Shown here piece after piece: positions 8,185 through 17,160 of a stretch of 57,475 bases of DNA. The notes under the pieces are model-generated. The model did not search any database and was not told the DNA's origin. It saw only the letters and a list, made by a program, of their open reading frames with translations. Source of the DNA: a virus. The DNA lies in IMG/VR virus record IMGVR_UViG_3300029536_000010, positions 1 through 57,475 of that record. The stretch is one strand, 5' to 3'. Numbering within the stretch: position 1 is the first letter of the stretch; each line of letters begins with the position of its first letter. Both the position numbers and the translations under genes were made by a program.

Positions 8185-8216
8185 AAAACAGAGCCTATAT
8201 TTCAAGACTCTGTTTT
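8185..8216. repeat. Stem-loop related to 8011-8038
   Basis: AAAACAGAG...CTCTGTTTT, 9-bp perfect arms. Confidence 0.65.
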
Positions 8217-8316
8217 CGTACCGCCTTTTGCTGGAGACAATGAAGTGTACTTATCTTCTGGACAATTATTATTATATCAGAAGAAGTGGACATGCGTAAT
8301 GGTAGAATTTTAAAAA

Positions 8317-8646
8317 TTATGCATAAATCTCGTTTCCCGTAAGATTACTCAAAATAAAATCTGCCATATCAAAAATATCACGCCCGTAAGTAGCTAGAAA
8401 GTCAGCAACTTGCTCTTCTACTTCTATCGGCATATATATGTTGTTCATAAAGCACCAAACATGGCATAATTCATGAGAAATTACCTTATCAAGGAATCTC
8501 CCGTGTAACAAATTGGAAAGATATACTGTTCTGGTAAGATTGTCAGTAACCCCAACACTTAGAGAGCCATCACTACGCCTTAAAAGATTACTTCCTGGTG
8601 CTACAAACTCTACATGCCACTCTACGCCGTTTATTTCAAAAATCAT
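8317..8646 (-). CDS. Small putative Zn-metallopeptidase-like protein
   Basis: VISHELCHVWCF resembles an HExxH-type motif but has HELCH. Confidence 0.5.
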   Translation of the reverse strand: MIFEINGVEWHVEFVAPGSNLLRRSDGSLSVGVTDNLTRTVYLSNLLHGRFLDKVISHELCHVWCFMNNIYMPIEVEEQVADFLATYGRDIFDMADFILSNLTGNEIYA

Positions 8647-9341
8647 AAGTGCTGCACAAGAGTCTGTAGTTTTGCTTTCAACATTGTTTTTTCTTCCGGT
8701 GTAGAATCGGAGATCATTTCCGTAACATCATCGGAAAGTTCTCTCATATAGGTTTCAAGATCTCTCATTTTGTGCTGTTTGTTCTCCGGTGTGTCGCTAG
8801 AGTACATCTGTTTTGACTCCATATAGGTTTTTCTGCTCATTCCGCTCTTTCCCTCTCTGGAATCTCTCATACCAGAATCACCGCCGTAATAATTCCTATC
8901 AGTTTTTCTTTCACGTCCTGTTTTTCTAGGATATGAATACATGCGATCCATGTCAATGTCCATATCTCTGTACATTTCAGGAGTCATATGCCAGTAAGGA
9001 GTCTCGTCGAATCCTCTACGCATACCTCTTCCTTTTGGGGCAAATCTTCCAGAAGAATAGCGCCATTCATCATAGTACCGTCTTCCTTCATCATCTCCAT
9101 ATTCTTCCTTAAAACGCTTCAAAAGATACTTTTCTTCTTCCTTATCGTCCTCTTCGGCTTCTTCCATTGCTTTTGCGATTCTGGCGTGATATTCAGCGTC
9201 AGCAAGGTCTTTAATCATATCTACGACCTCACCAATCGGATATGACCCAACGCACGTCTGATCGCTTTCGATGGCTTCTTTTGTACACTCAGTAAGGCTT
9301 TCTATCATTTCATGAATTCTCTTGATATGCATACAATTCAC
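8643..9341 (-). CDS. Hypothetical phage protein
   Basis: ORF 232 aa, overlaps next gene by 4 nt; Arg/Met/Tyr-rich middle. Confidence 0.6.
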   Translation of the reverse strand: MNCMHIKRIHEMIESLTECTKEAIESDQTCVGSYPIGEVVDMIKDLADAEYHARIAKAMEEAEEDDKEEEKYLLKRFKEEYGDDEGRRYYDEWRYSSGRFAPKGRGMRRGFDETPYWHMTPEMYRDMDIDMDRMYSYPRKTGRERKTDRNYYGGDSGMRDSREGKSGMSRKTYMESKQMYSSDTPENKQHKMRDLETYMRELSDDVTEMISDSTPEEKTMLKAKLQTLVQHL

Positions 9342-9344
9342 CTC

Positions 9345-9782
9345 CTACGCTTCACGTGTGACAACAAGATTTGCATTTGCTACATTGATTGACTGTGTGC
9401 TTGTGTTTTTAACAGCGATATTTGCACAGCATCCGGCCGGAACATCAACATAGATGCCAGAAGATACGTTGTTATACTGGTCAACCGCTGCCGGAGTGCT
9501 AATCATCTGAGAAGATAGAACCGACTCTCCACTGATCGCAATTGCGAGCGAGATCGCTCCGGCTGTTCCTCCTGTCGGTACTGCGATATTTGCTGAAAAA
9601 TCAACAAAATAACGTGCTCTGCACTGATTTGTGATTCCTCTCAGAGTCACAATTCCAGAACCCTCACGATGTTTAATGCAGTTATTTCCTTGAACTGCCG
9701 TGTTTGTAAAGATAACATTTTCGTTCGCTGCTACTTCTTGAGCGGAAACAGCTAAATATTCAGCCATAGTTTTTACCTCCAT
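9345..9782 (-). CDS. Hypothetical, possibly virion-associated beta-rich protein
   Basis: MAEYLAVSAQEVAANENVIFTNTAVQGNNCIKHREGSGIVTLRG...: beta-rich, Ala/Val-rich. Confidence 0.5.
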   Translation of the reverse strand: MEVKTMAEYLAVSAQEVAANENVIFTNTAVQGNNCIKHREGSGIVTLRGITNQCRARYFVDFSANIAVPTGGTAGAISLAIAISGESVLSSQMISTPAAVDQYNNVSSGIYVDVPAGCCANIAVKNTSTQSINVANANLVVTREA

Positions 9783-9861
9783 AATTTAAGGGACAAACTA
9801 TTTTTAGTCTGCCCCTTGTATTCGTAATACTGCTTATAGCAGACATAACATTTAAGTTAAG

Positions 9862-10086
9862 TTACTCTTCCGTCTTGGAAAGAATCTCCAAGATTTGATT
9901 TTGATTGGAAATTATCTTCTCGAGATACTCCCTGTCCTGTCTCTGCAAGGCTCTTAGCAAATCATCATTAGACGTTTGCTTCTGATCTTTGTCGTATCCA
10001 ATCATCTGCAAGATAACGGAAAAGACAGTCAACATATCAAGAAAAGAATAGTTTCCGTTTTGATTATTGGTCATTAACAACCACAT
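9862..10086 (-). CDS. Hypothetical protein
   Basis: Overlaps 10074..10847. Confidence 0.5.
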   Translation of the reverse strand: MWLLMTNNQNGNYSFLDMLTVFSVILQMIGYDKDQKQTSNDDLLRALQRQDREYLEKIISNQNQILEILSKTEE

Positions 10087-10847
10087 CCATTACATCCGCA
10101 GTTGTTATAAGCATAACCATAAAGGTTAGAAGCTGGGAATGATGGTACCGGTGTAGGTCTTATTGCGTCGATAATCTGGTTTGTCTGAGCAGCCATCTGG
10201 GTTGTAAGCAATGCACTCTGTCTGTCCTGAGAAGCTGCGCGCCTAAGATCATTGTTTTCAGCCTGTAAAGTAGAAATTTTTTCGTTGCAAAGATAATCAA
10301 GGATTGCTCTGGTGCCTGCGTTCTGGCTTTCAATGATATCACGAGTATTCGTATTCATTGTGTTCTGAAGTGCGCAGGTGTTTGTTGCCATATTGTAGTT
10401 TACGCCCTGAATAGCTTCTCTTGTTTCGCAACAGCAATTTGCAAGTTGAGACTGCAAAGCGTTGGTGTTCTGCATATTTGCGATTGTGTCTGCGTTAATG
10501 GCCTGTTGGATTCCATAGCCAGTCTGCATGATGTTTGTATTTACGCCATTGAATCCAGTGAGCATACTGTTGTTCACGGCATAGAATCCATCACACAAAC
10601 CGTTGTTGATTCCATCAAGTTTTCCGACGATATTCTGGGTATCAAATCCTCTTTGCAATGCGGAGTCAGTGTAGTAACTAGAATTTGATCCATTACCGCC
10701 CCATCCTCCGTTTCCCCATCCTCCGAAAGCGAAGAAAAGAACAAAAAGGATAATCCACCAACCGTTACCGTCTCCAAAACCGTCGCTCCTGTTTCCATCA
10801 TAAGGAGTTACAGGGATTGTGAAAGGTGAATTTGTTGAGTTAAACAT
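10074..10847 (-). CDS. Membrane-anchored Gly/Asn-rich protein with coiled-coil region
   Basis: WWIILFVLFFAFGGWGNGGWGGNGSN...; NAGTRAILDYLCNEKISTLQAENNDLRRAASQDRQ; Cys-rich ends. Confidence 0.6.
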   Translation of the reverse strand: MFNSTNSPFTIPVTPYDGNRSDGFGDGNGWWIILFVLFFAFGGWGNGGWGGNGSNSSYYTDSALQRGFDTQNIVGKLDGINNGLCDGFYAVNNSMLTGFNGVNTNIMQTGYGIQQAINADTIANMQNTNALQSQLANCCCETREAIQGVNYNMATNTCALQNTMNTNTRDIIESQNAGTRAILDYLCNEKISTLQAENNDLRRAASQDRQSALLTTQMAAQTNQIIDAIRPTPVPSFPASNLYGYAYNNCGCNGCGC

Positions 10848-10906
10848 AGTTTTTACCTCCTGTTAAATTTTGTATACTTAAATCTTGCAAGAATTTAGTA
10901 GCTATT

Positions 10907-11140
10907 TTATTTCGTAAATTGATTCTTGAAATCTGAAAACGCTTTGTCAAAATCAACCCCTCTTTCTTTTGCAATATTCCTTCCCATTTCTTCTATTCCT
11001 TTTAAATTTCCATTTTTAGCCATTTCGAACATGTTTTTAGCCATAGGATTGTTTGAAATTTTCGGGTCGTTCATCATTCTCATGACTATTTGCTTTGGAT
11101 TTCCACTGTTAATCATTTGAAAGACATTCATTATATTCAC
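10907..11140 (-). CDS. Hypothetical small protein
   Basis: MNVFQMINSGNPKQIVMRMMNDPKISNNPMAKNMFEMAK... Confidence 0.55.
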   Translation of the reverse strand: MNIMNVFQMINSGNPKQIVMRMMNDPKISNNPMAKNMFEMAKNGNLKGIEEMGRNIAKERGVDFDKAFSDFKNQFTK

Positions 11141-11619
11141 TCGCTTTCACCGTCCTTTTTAGATGTAGCTGATCTTGTTTTTGCTGTCGGTTTCGGAATG
11201 GAATTTCCGATTTCTTTGATTTGGTCGGATAATTCGTCAAAACGTCTCATAATTTCCTCCGTAGCTTTCGTATTTGCGCTTTCCTGACGATTTGTGTTGC
11301 TAGAAGTAGGATTTATTTCCGGTTTAAAAATAATCGTCTGAATCGTGCCATTCGGAGTCCACGATTTTAAATACACCTCTGAAAGATCGTTCTTCGGGAA
11401 GATTGCATATGGATAATTCATCGGTACGTCATTGGCTGTTATTTCGTCTACGCTATTTACAGTACGCCCGATAAGTTGTGGCACAGCTGCCTGTTGTTGT
11501 GTTGGAGCTTGCTGAACCGGATTTTGATAAACAGGTTGCTGCATCTGTTGATATTGCATTCCGTTGTACCTTGGAATTTGTTGAATGTATTGGTTTCCCA
11601 TATACGGATTTTCATACAT
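11137..11619 (-). CDS. Gln-rich hypothetical protein
   Basis: MYENPYMGNQYIQQIPRYNGMQYQQMQQP... Confidence 0.55.
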   Translation of the reverse strand: MYENPYMGNQYIQQIPRYNGMQYQQMQQPVYQNPVQQAPTQQQAAVPQLIGRTVNSVDEITANDVPMNYPYAIFPKNDLSEVYLKSWTPNGTIQTIIFKPEINPTSSNTNRQESANTKATEEIMRRFDELSDQIKEIGNSIPKPTAKTRSATSKKDGESE

Positions 11620-11633
11620 AATGGCATATCCTC

Positions 11634-11870
11634 CTAACCTTTATTACAAACGTCGTTAAGTATATCTTCTTTCGTCATATACACATTTTCAGTATAGTAT
11701 CTATTTTCGAGTGCATCCTCTACTACATGGACAACCGTCGACTGGATGCAAAGCGGGATATCTTTCATTCTTTCATCACAAAATATTCTTTCAAGAAGCT
11801 CATCTGAAAACATGTATATCATCTCCTTATATTTAAATTTTCGCATAAAAAAAGAGAAGTAAGTGTTCAC
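11634..11870 (-). CDS. Hypothetical protein (likely internal start near MFSDELLERIF)
   Basis: ORF after the Gln-rich gene. Confidence 0.4.
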   Translation of the reverse strand: MNTYFSFFMRKFKYKEMIYMFSDELLERIFCDERMKDIPLCIQSTVVHVVEDALENRYYTENVYMTKEDILNDVCNKG

Positions 11871-11914
11871 CTTCTTCTCATATTTTTGTCATATAGTGGC
11901 TCTTATTTTTAGTT

Positions 11915-12178
11915 GTTAAACGTACACACTTTTTACACACTTTTGCTGTGTAAATATGTGTAAATATATGGTATTTTATAAAAATCAGCATGTGTACAAA
12001 ATGCCGAAAACCCTTGTAAATCCAGCTATTTCAAGGTTTTTCTATTAGTCGTAAATAATAAAATTATATACCATCATTGTATATAAATTTGTTACTTAAA
12101 ATGCATAGAATACCTGATTATACCGGTGTTTTGTTTTTAGTGGGTGTGTATCGTACACACTACTTACACACTTTATGA
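11915..12178. promoter_or_regulatory. Candidate attP region next to the integrase 3' end
   Basis: Non-coding, with repeated ACACACTT-type arms at both ends (tttacacacttt; cttacacacttta) and a central AACCCTTG...CAAGGTTT element. Confidence 0.5.
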
Positions 12179-13381
12179 TATTCTTTGCTTAAAATCAACA
12201 AGTTTGTTACCTACGCAGTCAACTATCTTCTCAATATCACTTGATGACTTCTCTTCGGTGACGTGCGTATATAAGTCGAGAGTCATACTCACACTAGAAT
12301 GACCTAAATATGATTGAACTACTTTTGGATCAATGCCACTTTCAAAACACCTCGTAGCAAACGTGTGTCTAAATGTATGGCCGGAAAACGTTTCAAACAA
12401 GTTTCCTGGAGACCTCAACAGATTTATCGAATCAACAACTTTCTTTATGCTATCAGAGTACCTTGTGGTGTTAATTGGAGTATTGAATTTTGTAGTAAAT
12501 AAAAAATTATTCTGTTCTCTTGGATTTTTTGTGGAAACAACAGCTTTTTGACGAATTTGCTTTTCCAGGTATGTCCGGCAAACGCTATTTATCGGCACCT
12601 TACGATTGCTATTTTTTGTTTTAGGTTCCTCAATGTGAAAAGTATTATTAGAATCTGTCAAATATTTTTGATACACTAAAGTTTTGTTGACATAAATAAA
12701 ACCTTTTTCGAAATCTATATCACCTTCTGTTAACGCAAAAAGTTCACCCGGTCGTAATCCGGTATTGATAGCAACATTAAACAGATTATCATAGAATGTA
12801 TTCTTGCAATATTTAAAGAAAATATTTTGCTCTTCAAGTGTAAGTGCTCTCGATCTGTTTTCTTTCTTTGCTATAACTTTGGTTCCTTTTGTCGGATTTC
12901 TCGATATAAGATTGTCTTCCAGTGCTCTTTCAAGCATATCTGCCATTACTGATTTTATTTTACATTGAACCTCATAACTGTACCCTTTATCATTCGCTAG
13001 ATAAATTATTTTTTGAATATCTGACTTAACCAATGAATTTATGTTGCGGTTTCCGAGATATGGTGATATATTTATTTTATATGTACTGGTGTACGCCCTA
13101 AGCGTGTTTGGGGCGCACACTTTTTCTTTATATATTTTCATCCACCTATCAAACCAGTTATCCAATTTCACCTCATCTCTAATGCTTGTGTAGTTTTCAT
13201 TTTCTGCAATTTTTACAGCGAGTTTCCTTCTTAATTCTGGTAATTTTTTTGAATAAATTGTTCTCTGCTTTCCAAAACAATCTTTATACCTTCCTTGATA
13301 AGTGCCATTTTTTCTTTGCGTAATTCCTGCTCCTAATTCTTTTCCTTTCAAATCCTTTCCCATTATTTTTGCCCCTTTCAT
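12173..13381 (-). CDS. int: Tyrosine integrase, Tn916-Int-like
   Basis: [11 protein letters not shown]..., [51 protein letters not shown] (R...HxxR...H...Y). Confidence 0.97.
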   Translation of the reverse strand: MKGAKIMGKDLKGKELGAGITQRKNGTYQGRYKDCFGKQRTIYSKKLPELRRKLAVKIAENENYTSIRDEVKLDNWFDRWMKIYKEKVCAPNTLRAYTSTYKINISPYLGNRNINSLVKSDIQKIIYLANDKGYSYEVQCKIKSVMADMLERALEDNLISRNPTKGTKVIAKKENRSRALTLEEQNIFFKYCKNTFYDNLFNVAINTGLRPGELFALTEGDIDFEKGFIYVNKTLVYQKYLTDSNNTFHIEEPKTKNSNRKVPINSVCRTYLEKQIRQKAVVSTKNPREQNNFLFTTKFNTPINTTRYSDSIKKVVDSINLLRSPGNLFETFSGHTFRHTFATRCFESGIDPKVVQSYLGHSSVSMTLDLYTHVTEEKSSSDIEKIVDCVGNKLVDFKQRIS

Positions 13382-13390
13382 TTTGAAAAA

Positions 13391-13428
13391 GAGCCACTAT
13401 ATATCTACATACTACTATATAGTGGCTC
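13391..13428. repeat. 13-bp inverted repeat GAGCCACTATATA-N12-TATATAGTGGCTC, with third half-copy at 11892-11903
   Basis: Read directly from sequence. Confidence 0.85.
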
Positions 13429-13440
13429 GTATTTCAATAT

Positions 13441-13845
13441 TTACACTTCAAGCGTTTTTTCTATAAACTTTTCAAATTCCTTTCTTTTTACCAATCGTTT
13501 ACCTTTACCAACGCAGAATAGGAATGAACATCCAGGTTCGTTAAGTAATGAACTTATCTTATTTACGCCAATATTGCTGTATTGTGACGCTTCTTCCACA
13601 GTAAGCATTACCTTTTCCCAAATAGGAACACTGTTCTCTTTCATCGTTATCACCTCATTCACTTTGAACATTATGTTTTTTATCCTTCTGTTTACAGTTG
13701 ATTCAGATAGGGATAATTTTTCGGAAATTTCCGTTGCAGTTTTCCCTTTTGATAACATCAAGAATATTTTTTCTTCTTCCTCTGTAAAGTTGCATTCACG
13801 CATATAATACTCAATTTCGCTCGATACGCAGTTACATAGCTTCAT
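13441..13845 (-). CDS. xis: LuxR-type HTH domain fused to a Tn916-Xis-like excisionase
   Basis: N-term FTEEEEKIFLMLSKGKTATEISEKLSLSESTVNRRI; C-term VPIWEKVMLTVEEASQYSNIGVNKISSLL...GKRLVKRKEFEKFIEK. Confidence 0.75.
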   Translation of the reverse strand: MKLCNCVSSEIEYYMRECNFTEEEEKIFLMLSKGKTATEISEKLSLSESTVNRRIKNIMFKVNEVITMKENSVPIWEKVMLTVEEASQYSNIGVNKISSLLNEPGCSFLFCVGKGKRLVKRKEFEKFIEKTLEV

Positions 13846-13883
13846 ACACCATCCCCTCTTTCCATAACGGTTATTATCTACTA

Positions 13884-14105
13884 TTATTCATTTGAAATTT
13901 CATCAGGTATTCCAACACTGAATACCTCTTCACAATACTTTTTGTACTCTTTACACATTCTTGTTTCCGTTGCCTCTTCGATTGTTGTACCGTATGTTCT
14001 TGCGAAAATTTTGACATATTGTTTATATTGTCTTTCTGCTTCATTCATAACCTTTCTCCTTTGTTCTCGCTTCAATTTCAATCGCATTTCCATTTCTACC
14101 GTCAT
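13884..14105 (-). CDS. Hypothetical protein
   Basis: 73 aa ORF overlapping lipoprotein gene. Confidence 0.5.
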   Translation of the reverse strand: MTVEMEMRLKLKREQRRKVMNEAERQYKQYVKIFARTYGTTIEEATETRMCKEYKKYCEEVFSVGIPDEISNE

Positions 14106-14310
14106 TTATTATATTGATTTTTCCAGAATAATCAAATACCAATTCTCCATGATCGTACACTCTGATTCTGCCAGTATCGTTCTGTGCTGGAATCGTCACG
14201 ACAAAATTTTCTTTCTCCGGTTCTGCTTTTTTCTTGCTATTTCCGCAAGAAGTAGCCAATATTACGAATATAATCACAGCCACGGAGAGCAAAATCTTAT
14301 GATTGTGCAT
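14041..14310 (-). CDS. Small phage-encoded lipoprotein
   Basis: MHNHKILLSVAVIIFVILATSC: signal peptide plus lipobox-like ATSC. Confidence 0.65.
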   Translation of the reverse strand: MHNHKILLSVAVIIFVILATSCGNSKKKAEPEKENFVVTIPAQNDTGRIRVYDHGELVFDYSGKINIINDGRNGNAIEIEARTKEKGYE

Positions 14311-14590
14311 ACTTTTCCGACTCCTTTCTGTGCAGCTCCATCAGCGATTCAAGCTTTCTTTCATCCGACTTCGCCAGTTCACCATGCTTTTTCATATCGT
14401 TCAGTTGCATCAGATATGTACCGGCTTTATCAACATCTTCTTTCCCGTTCTTTGCTTCATGTCTCCAAAGGTACTTGAAAACATTTCCCATACAAAATGC
14501 CACAAAACCTCTTTTCCCTAAAAACAATTTCATCACAGAAAAACATTCAAGGCTTGTCTGCTTGTAGTGATCTGGTCTAATTTCTTTCAT
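14297..14590 (-). CDS. DUF3310-like protein
   Basis: PDHYKQTSLECFSVMKLFLG...FCMGNVFKYLWRHEAKNGKEDVDKAGTYLMQL. Confidence 0.8.
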   Translation of the reverse strand: MKEIRPDHYKQTSLECFSVMKLFLGKRGFVAFCMGNVFKYLWRHEAKNGKEDVDKAGTYLMQLNDMKKHGELAKSDERKLESLMELHRKESEKYAQS

Positions 14591-14807
14591 CTTTTCTCTT
14601 CTTCCTCTCTTTTAGTCTCTTATTCCATTCTGCCAGATACTTCTCCTGTTCTACATCTTCCAATTCCTGTCTGGATCCATATACCGGTCTGGAAAAGCTT
14701 TCTTTTGCCGTGTCGCTGTCGCAATGTGCGATCATGCCACCGTAGTGCTGGTTCTGGTCATGCTTCATTTCTTTTCTGGTACGTTTATTCATATCTATTC
14801 TCCACAA
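14577..14807 (-). CDS. Hypothetical protein
   Basis: Charged small ORF in the operon. Confidence 0.45.
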   Translation of the reverse strand: MWRIDMNKRTRKEMKHDQNQHYGGMIAHCDSDTAKESFSRPVYGSRQELEDVEQEKYLAEWNKRLKERKKRKDERN

Positions 14808-14856
14808 GCTCTCCTAATTCGTGCCCGATTGGTTTCCACAGATGCAAGCAGTTTTC

Positions 14857-15135
14857 CTACAGATTCACATATTCGGACTTTTTTGGATGTATCTGGTATA
14901 CCTCTTCTTCATCATCGAAGAATATATCTTTCAACACACACATATCATCCCATGTAGGTATCTTGTATTTGTGCTTCGGTGATACGCTCACGTGTTCCCA
15001 TCCGTCCTCATTTTCTCCAAACATCACGGAACACGTACCGCAATCGGGCAGTTTTATCAAACCGCCCACTAATTTTCCTAACATCACCGTGTCCCAAACT
15101 TTACCGCTTTCCATGATTTCTTTATACGGTTTCAT
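14857..15135 (-). CDS. Hypothetical protein
   Basis: 92 aa ORF abutting 15136..15687. Confidence 0.55.
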   Translation of the reverse strand: MKPYKEIMESGKVWDTVMLGKLVGGLIKLPDCGTCSVMFGENEDGWEHVSVSPKHKYKIPTWDDMCVLKDIFFDDEEEVYQIHPKKSEYVNL

Positions 15136-15687
15136 CTACATCGTTCCTTTCTTCATGTAATCGCGGCAAATAATAGTGCTTCTTTGATCTTTCTGTTGTT
15201 CTGACTTGTCATGGATATTTCCTACTACTTCAGCATCAACCATTTTTATCCAGTACCCCAGATCTTTTCTAAAATCTCTTTTCTCGTCCCAGTCTACATA
15301 AAATCCGACATGGCAAGTCGTTGTACTGTCAAAGCAACTCTGATATTTGCCAAATTTTACAGGAGCATAATAATCACCATAATGGTATTTAATAATGTCG
15401 TTCTCCCATATCTTCCTTCCCTTCTTGTCTGTAAGTCCGGTGTATTGACAGATCGTATCCGAATCAACAAGATAGCCATTCTGTATGCACGTATCTGCAT
15501 TTTTAATGTCATATATGAACCATTCGCCATACCTTTGAACCACATATCCCTCAACCCATTCGCCACCGTCAACTTTCTTCGCTCTAAAAAGAATCTCTCT
15601 ATTCACAATCTCTTTTTCGTACTTTTCTTTATTCTTCATCTCTTCCACCTCTCTTAACAATTTCAATAGCTTCAATAAACGCTTCAT
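15136..15687 (-). CDS. YopX family protein
   Basis: REILFRAKKVDGGEWVEGYVV...QYTGLTDKKGRKIWENDIIKY. Confidence 0.9.
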   Translation of the reverse strand: MKRLLKLLKLLREVEEMKNKEKYEKEIVNREILFRAKKVDGGEWVEGYVVQRYGEWFIYDIKNADTCIQNGYLVDSDTICQYTGLTDKKGRKIWENDIIKYHYGDYYAPVKFGKYQSCFDSTTTCHVGFYVDWDEKRDFRKDLGYWIKMVDAEVVGNIHDKSEQQKDQRSTIICRDYMKKGTM

Positions 15688-15973
15688 ATCTTCCCTGACT
15701 CACTCCATCGTTGTATTGTGCATCTGCATCTCCAACTACTAGTTCATCACACATATGGAGTTCTACTTCTCGAAGATTTTCAAATTCTTCGATGACCTTC
15801 TCCGCATCAAACGCTGTCGGCTGCTCCTCCACCGCTTTCATGCACTCTTGTATTGTCTCGTAGATTTCTTTCTGACACTTACTGTCATTGTATCCGAACG
15901 GAGCTTCTTGCAGAGCATAATCATTCAAGTGGAGTATCAGCTTATCCGCATCAATTAATCTGCTCATAATCAT
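15629..15973 (-). CDS. Hypothetical phage protein
   Basis: MSRLIDADKLILHL... common in phage accessory operons. Confidence 0.6.
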   Translation of the reverse strand: MIMSRLIDADKLILHLNDYALQEAPFGYNDSKCQKEIYETIQECMKAVEEQPTAFDAEKVIEEFENLREVELHMCDELVVGDADAQYNDGVSQGRYEAFIEAIEIVKRGGRDEE

Positions 15974-16314
15974 TCTCCTTTGTACGGCTTCGGTAGTGGC
16001 ATCCAGGCAACAATTGATTTTGTCGTATGTTCATAGATTCCTTGAAAGTTTCCATTTTCCCAATATCTCATTTCTGTTACTATTCCGCTGTAAAAACATA
16101 CAATTACATCCGTGTTATCCTCCGGCAACCTCTCACTCACTGGAATCCACTTCTGACTTTGCAGCGCAATAGCAATTTTCGCAAGTTCGATAGCGTCAAT
16201 CCATTCTCCACATTTTTCTTTTTCCTCAAACTCAGCTAACTTCTCCATCGCTTCTGACAGCTTATTCTTGTCCTTAATCACTGCTTTTCCACAGTGGTAT
16301 GTTGTGTATCGCAT
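15970..16314 (-). CDS. DUF551-containing protein
   Basis: KWIPVSERLPEDNTDVIVCFYSG...SIVAWMPLPKPY. Confidence 0.85.
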   Translation of the reverse strand: MRYTTYHCGKAVIKDKNKLSEAMEKLAEFEEKEKCGEWIDAIELAKIAIALQSQKWIPVSERLPEDNTDVIVCFYSGIVTEMRYWENGNFQGIYEHTTKSIVAWMPLPKPYKGE

Positions 16315-16689
16315 TTACTCTACCTCCTCGTCTTTCGGAAACTGGAACACATACTTTTCAGCAATTTGATTTACAACATTTCCGGTTAATGAAATTGACA
16401 CTTTTGCTAAATTCTCATCTGTTTTTGGAATTACCAGCTTATTAAATTCGCGCTGTGAATATTGTTCTCTGCACATTTCCATAGCTTTAATTGCTTTCGC
16501 TTTACTGGAATATATTGCCATTACTACATTTTCAACACTCGCAGATCCTGCGTGTATCGCTTCTGCTCTAACGCGTAATGCCGTCTGCTCATAAGGCAAA
16601 TCGCAGTATCCGTCCTGACTAATGATTCTCATAACTAACTCCACCTTTCGTATCCCATGCGCAAATGTCGCAATCCTCAGGACATACAT
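16315..16689 (-). CDS. Hypothetical protein
   Basis: 124 aa ORF in operon. Confidence 0.5.
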   Translation of the reverse strand: MYVLRIATFAHGIRKVELVMRIISQDGYCDLPYEQTALRVRAEAIHAGSASVENVVMAIYSSKAKAIKAMEMCREQYSQREFNKLVIPKTDENLAKVSISLTGNVVNQIAEKYVFQFPKDEEVE

Positions 16690-16801
16690 TTGCCTTTCTT
16701 GCTCTTTCGCACATCTCCATTTTCAATTTTCTATCATCCTCAAAATCCTTGATAAAACCGAGTTTCCTCAGGATTTTGTGAATTAGTGATTCCTTCTTCA
16801 T
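16619..16801 (-). CDS. Hypothetical small protein
   Basis: 60 aa ORF, overlaps neighbour. Confidence 0.35.
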   Translation of the reverse strand: MKKESLIHKILRKLGFIKDFEDDRKLKMEMCERARKANVCPEDCDICAWDTKGGVSYENH

Positions 16802-16815
16802 CTTTGATCTCCTTT

Positions 16816-17160
16816 TTAACCAACAGTTATAACTGCCGGATTTACAACGCCGTCACCGTCATATCCATAATCTTTGTTGTGCCATTTTCTTAGACATTCT
16901 CCGTATTCCCAGTATTGAGAAAGAATACTGACAGCTGCTCCGTACATAAATCCTGTAATTCCTTCTTTATCCGCTTCATAGCTCAGCTACTTTGCATTAT
17001 CAACAATAACTTTCATTTCGTCTTCTTCTGATGCTTCTATCTTCTCTTCCATCATTCCGGCCCATCTTTCAGCATATGTAAAACACGCTCTACCGTATGG
17101 ATCACTGTTTTTTTCATACCAGTCTTTATATTCCTGTTCTTTACCTTTTACAATTTTCAT
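16816..17160 (-). pseudogene. 114-codon gene interrupted by an in-frame TAG
   Basis: MKIVKGKEQEYKDWYEKNSDPYGRACFTYAERWAGMMEEKIEASEEDEMKVIVDNAK*LSYEADKEGITGFMYGAAVSILSQYWEYGECLRKWHNKDYGYDGDGVVNPAVITVG; the stop is at 16987-16989. Confidence 0.8.

Noticed and set aside
16987-16989. Genome-wide TAG recoding
   Set aside because: Major genes read through without internal TAG, at least one small gene ends with TAG, and no suppressor tRNA (CUA) was seen; only a single interrupted gene supports it.
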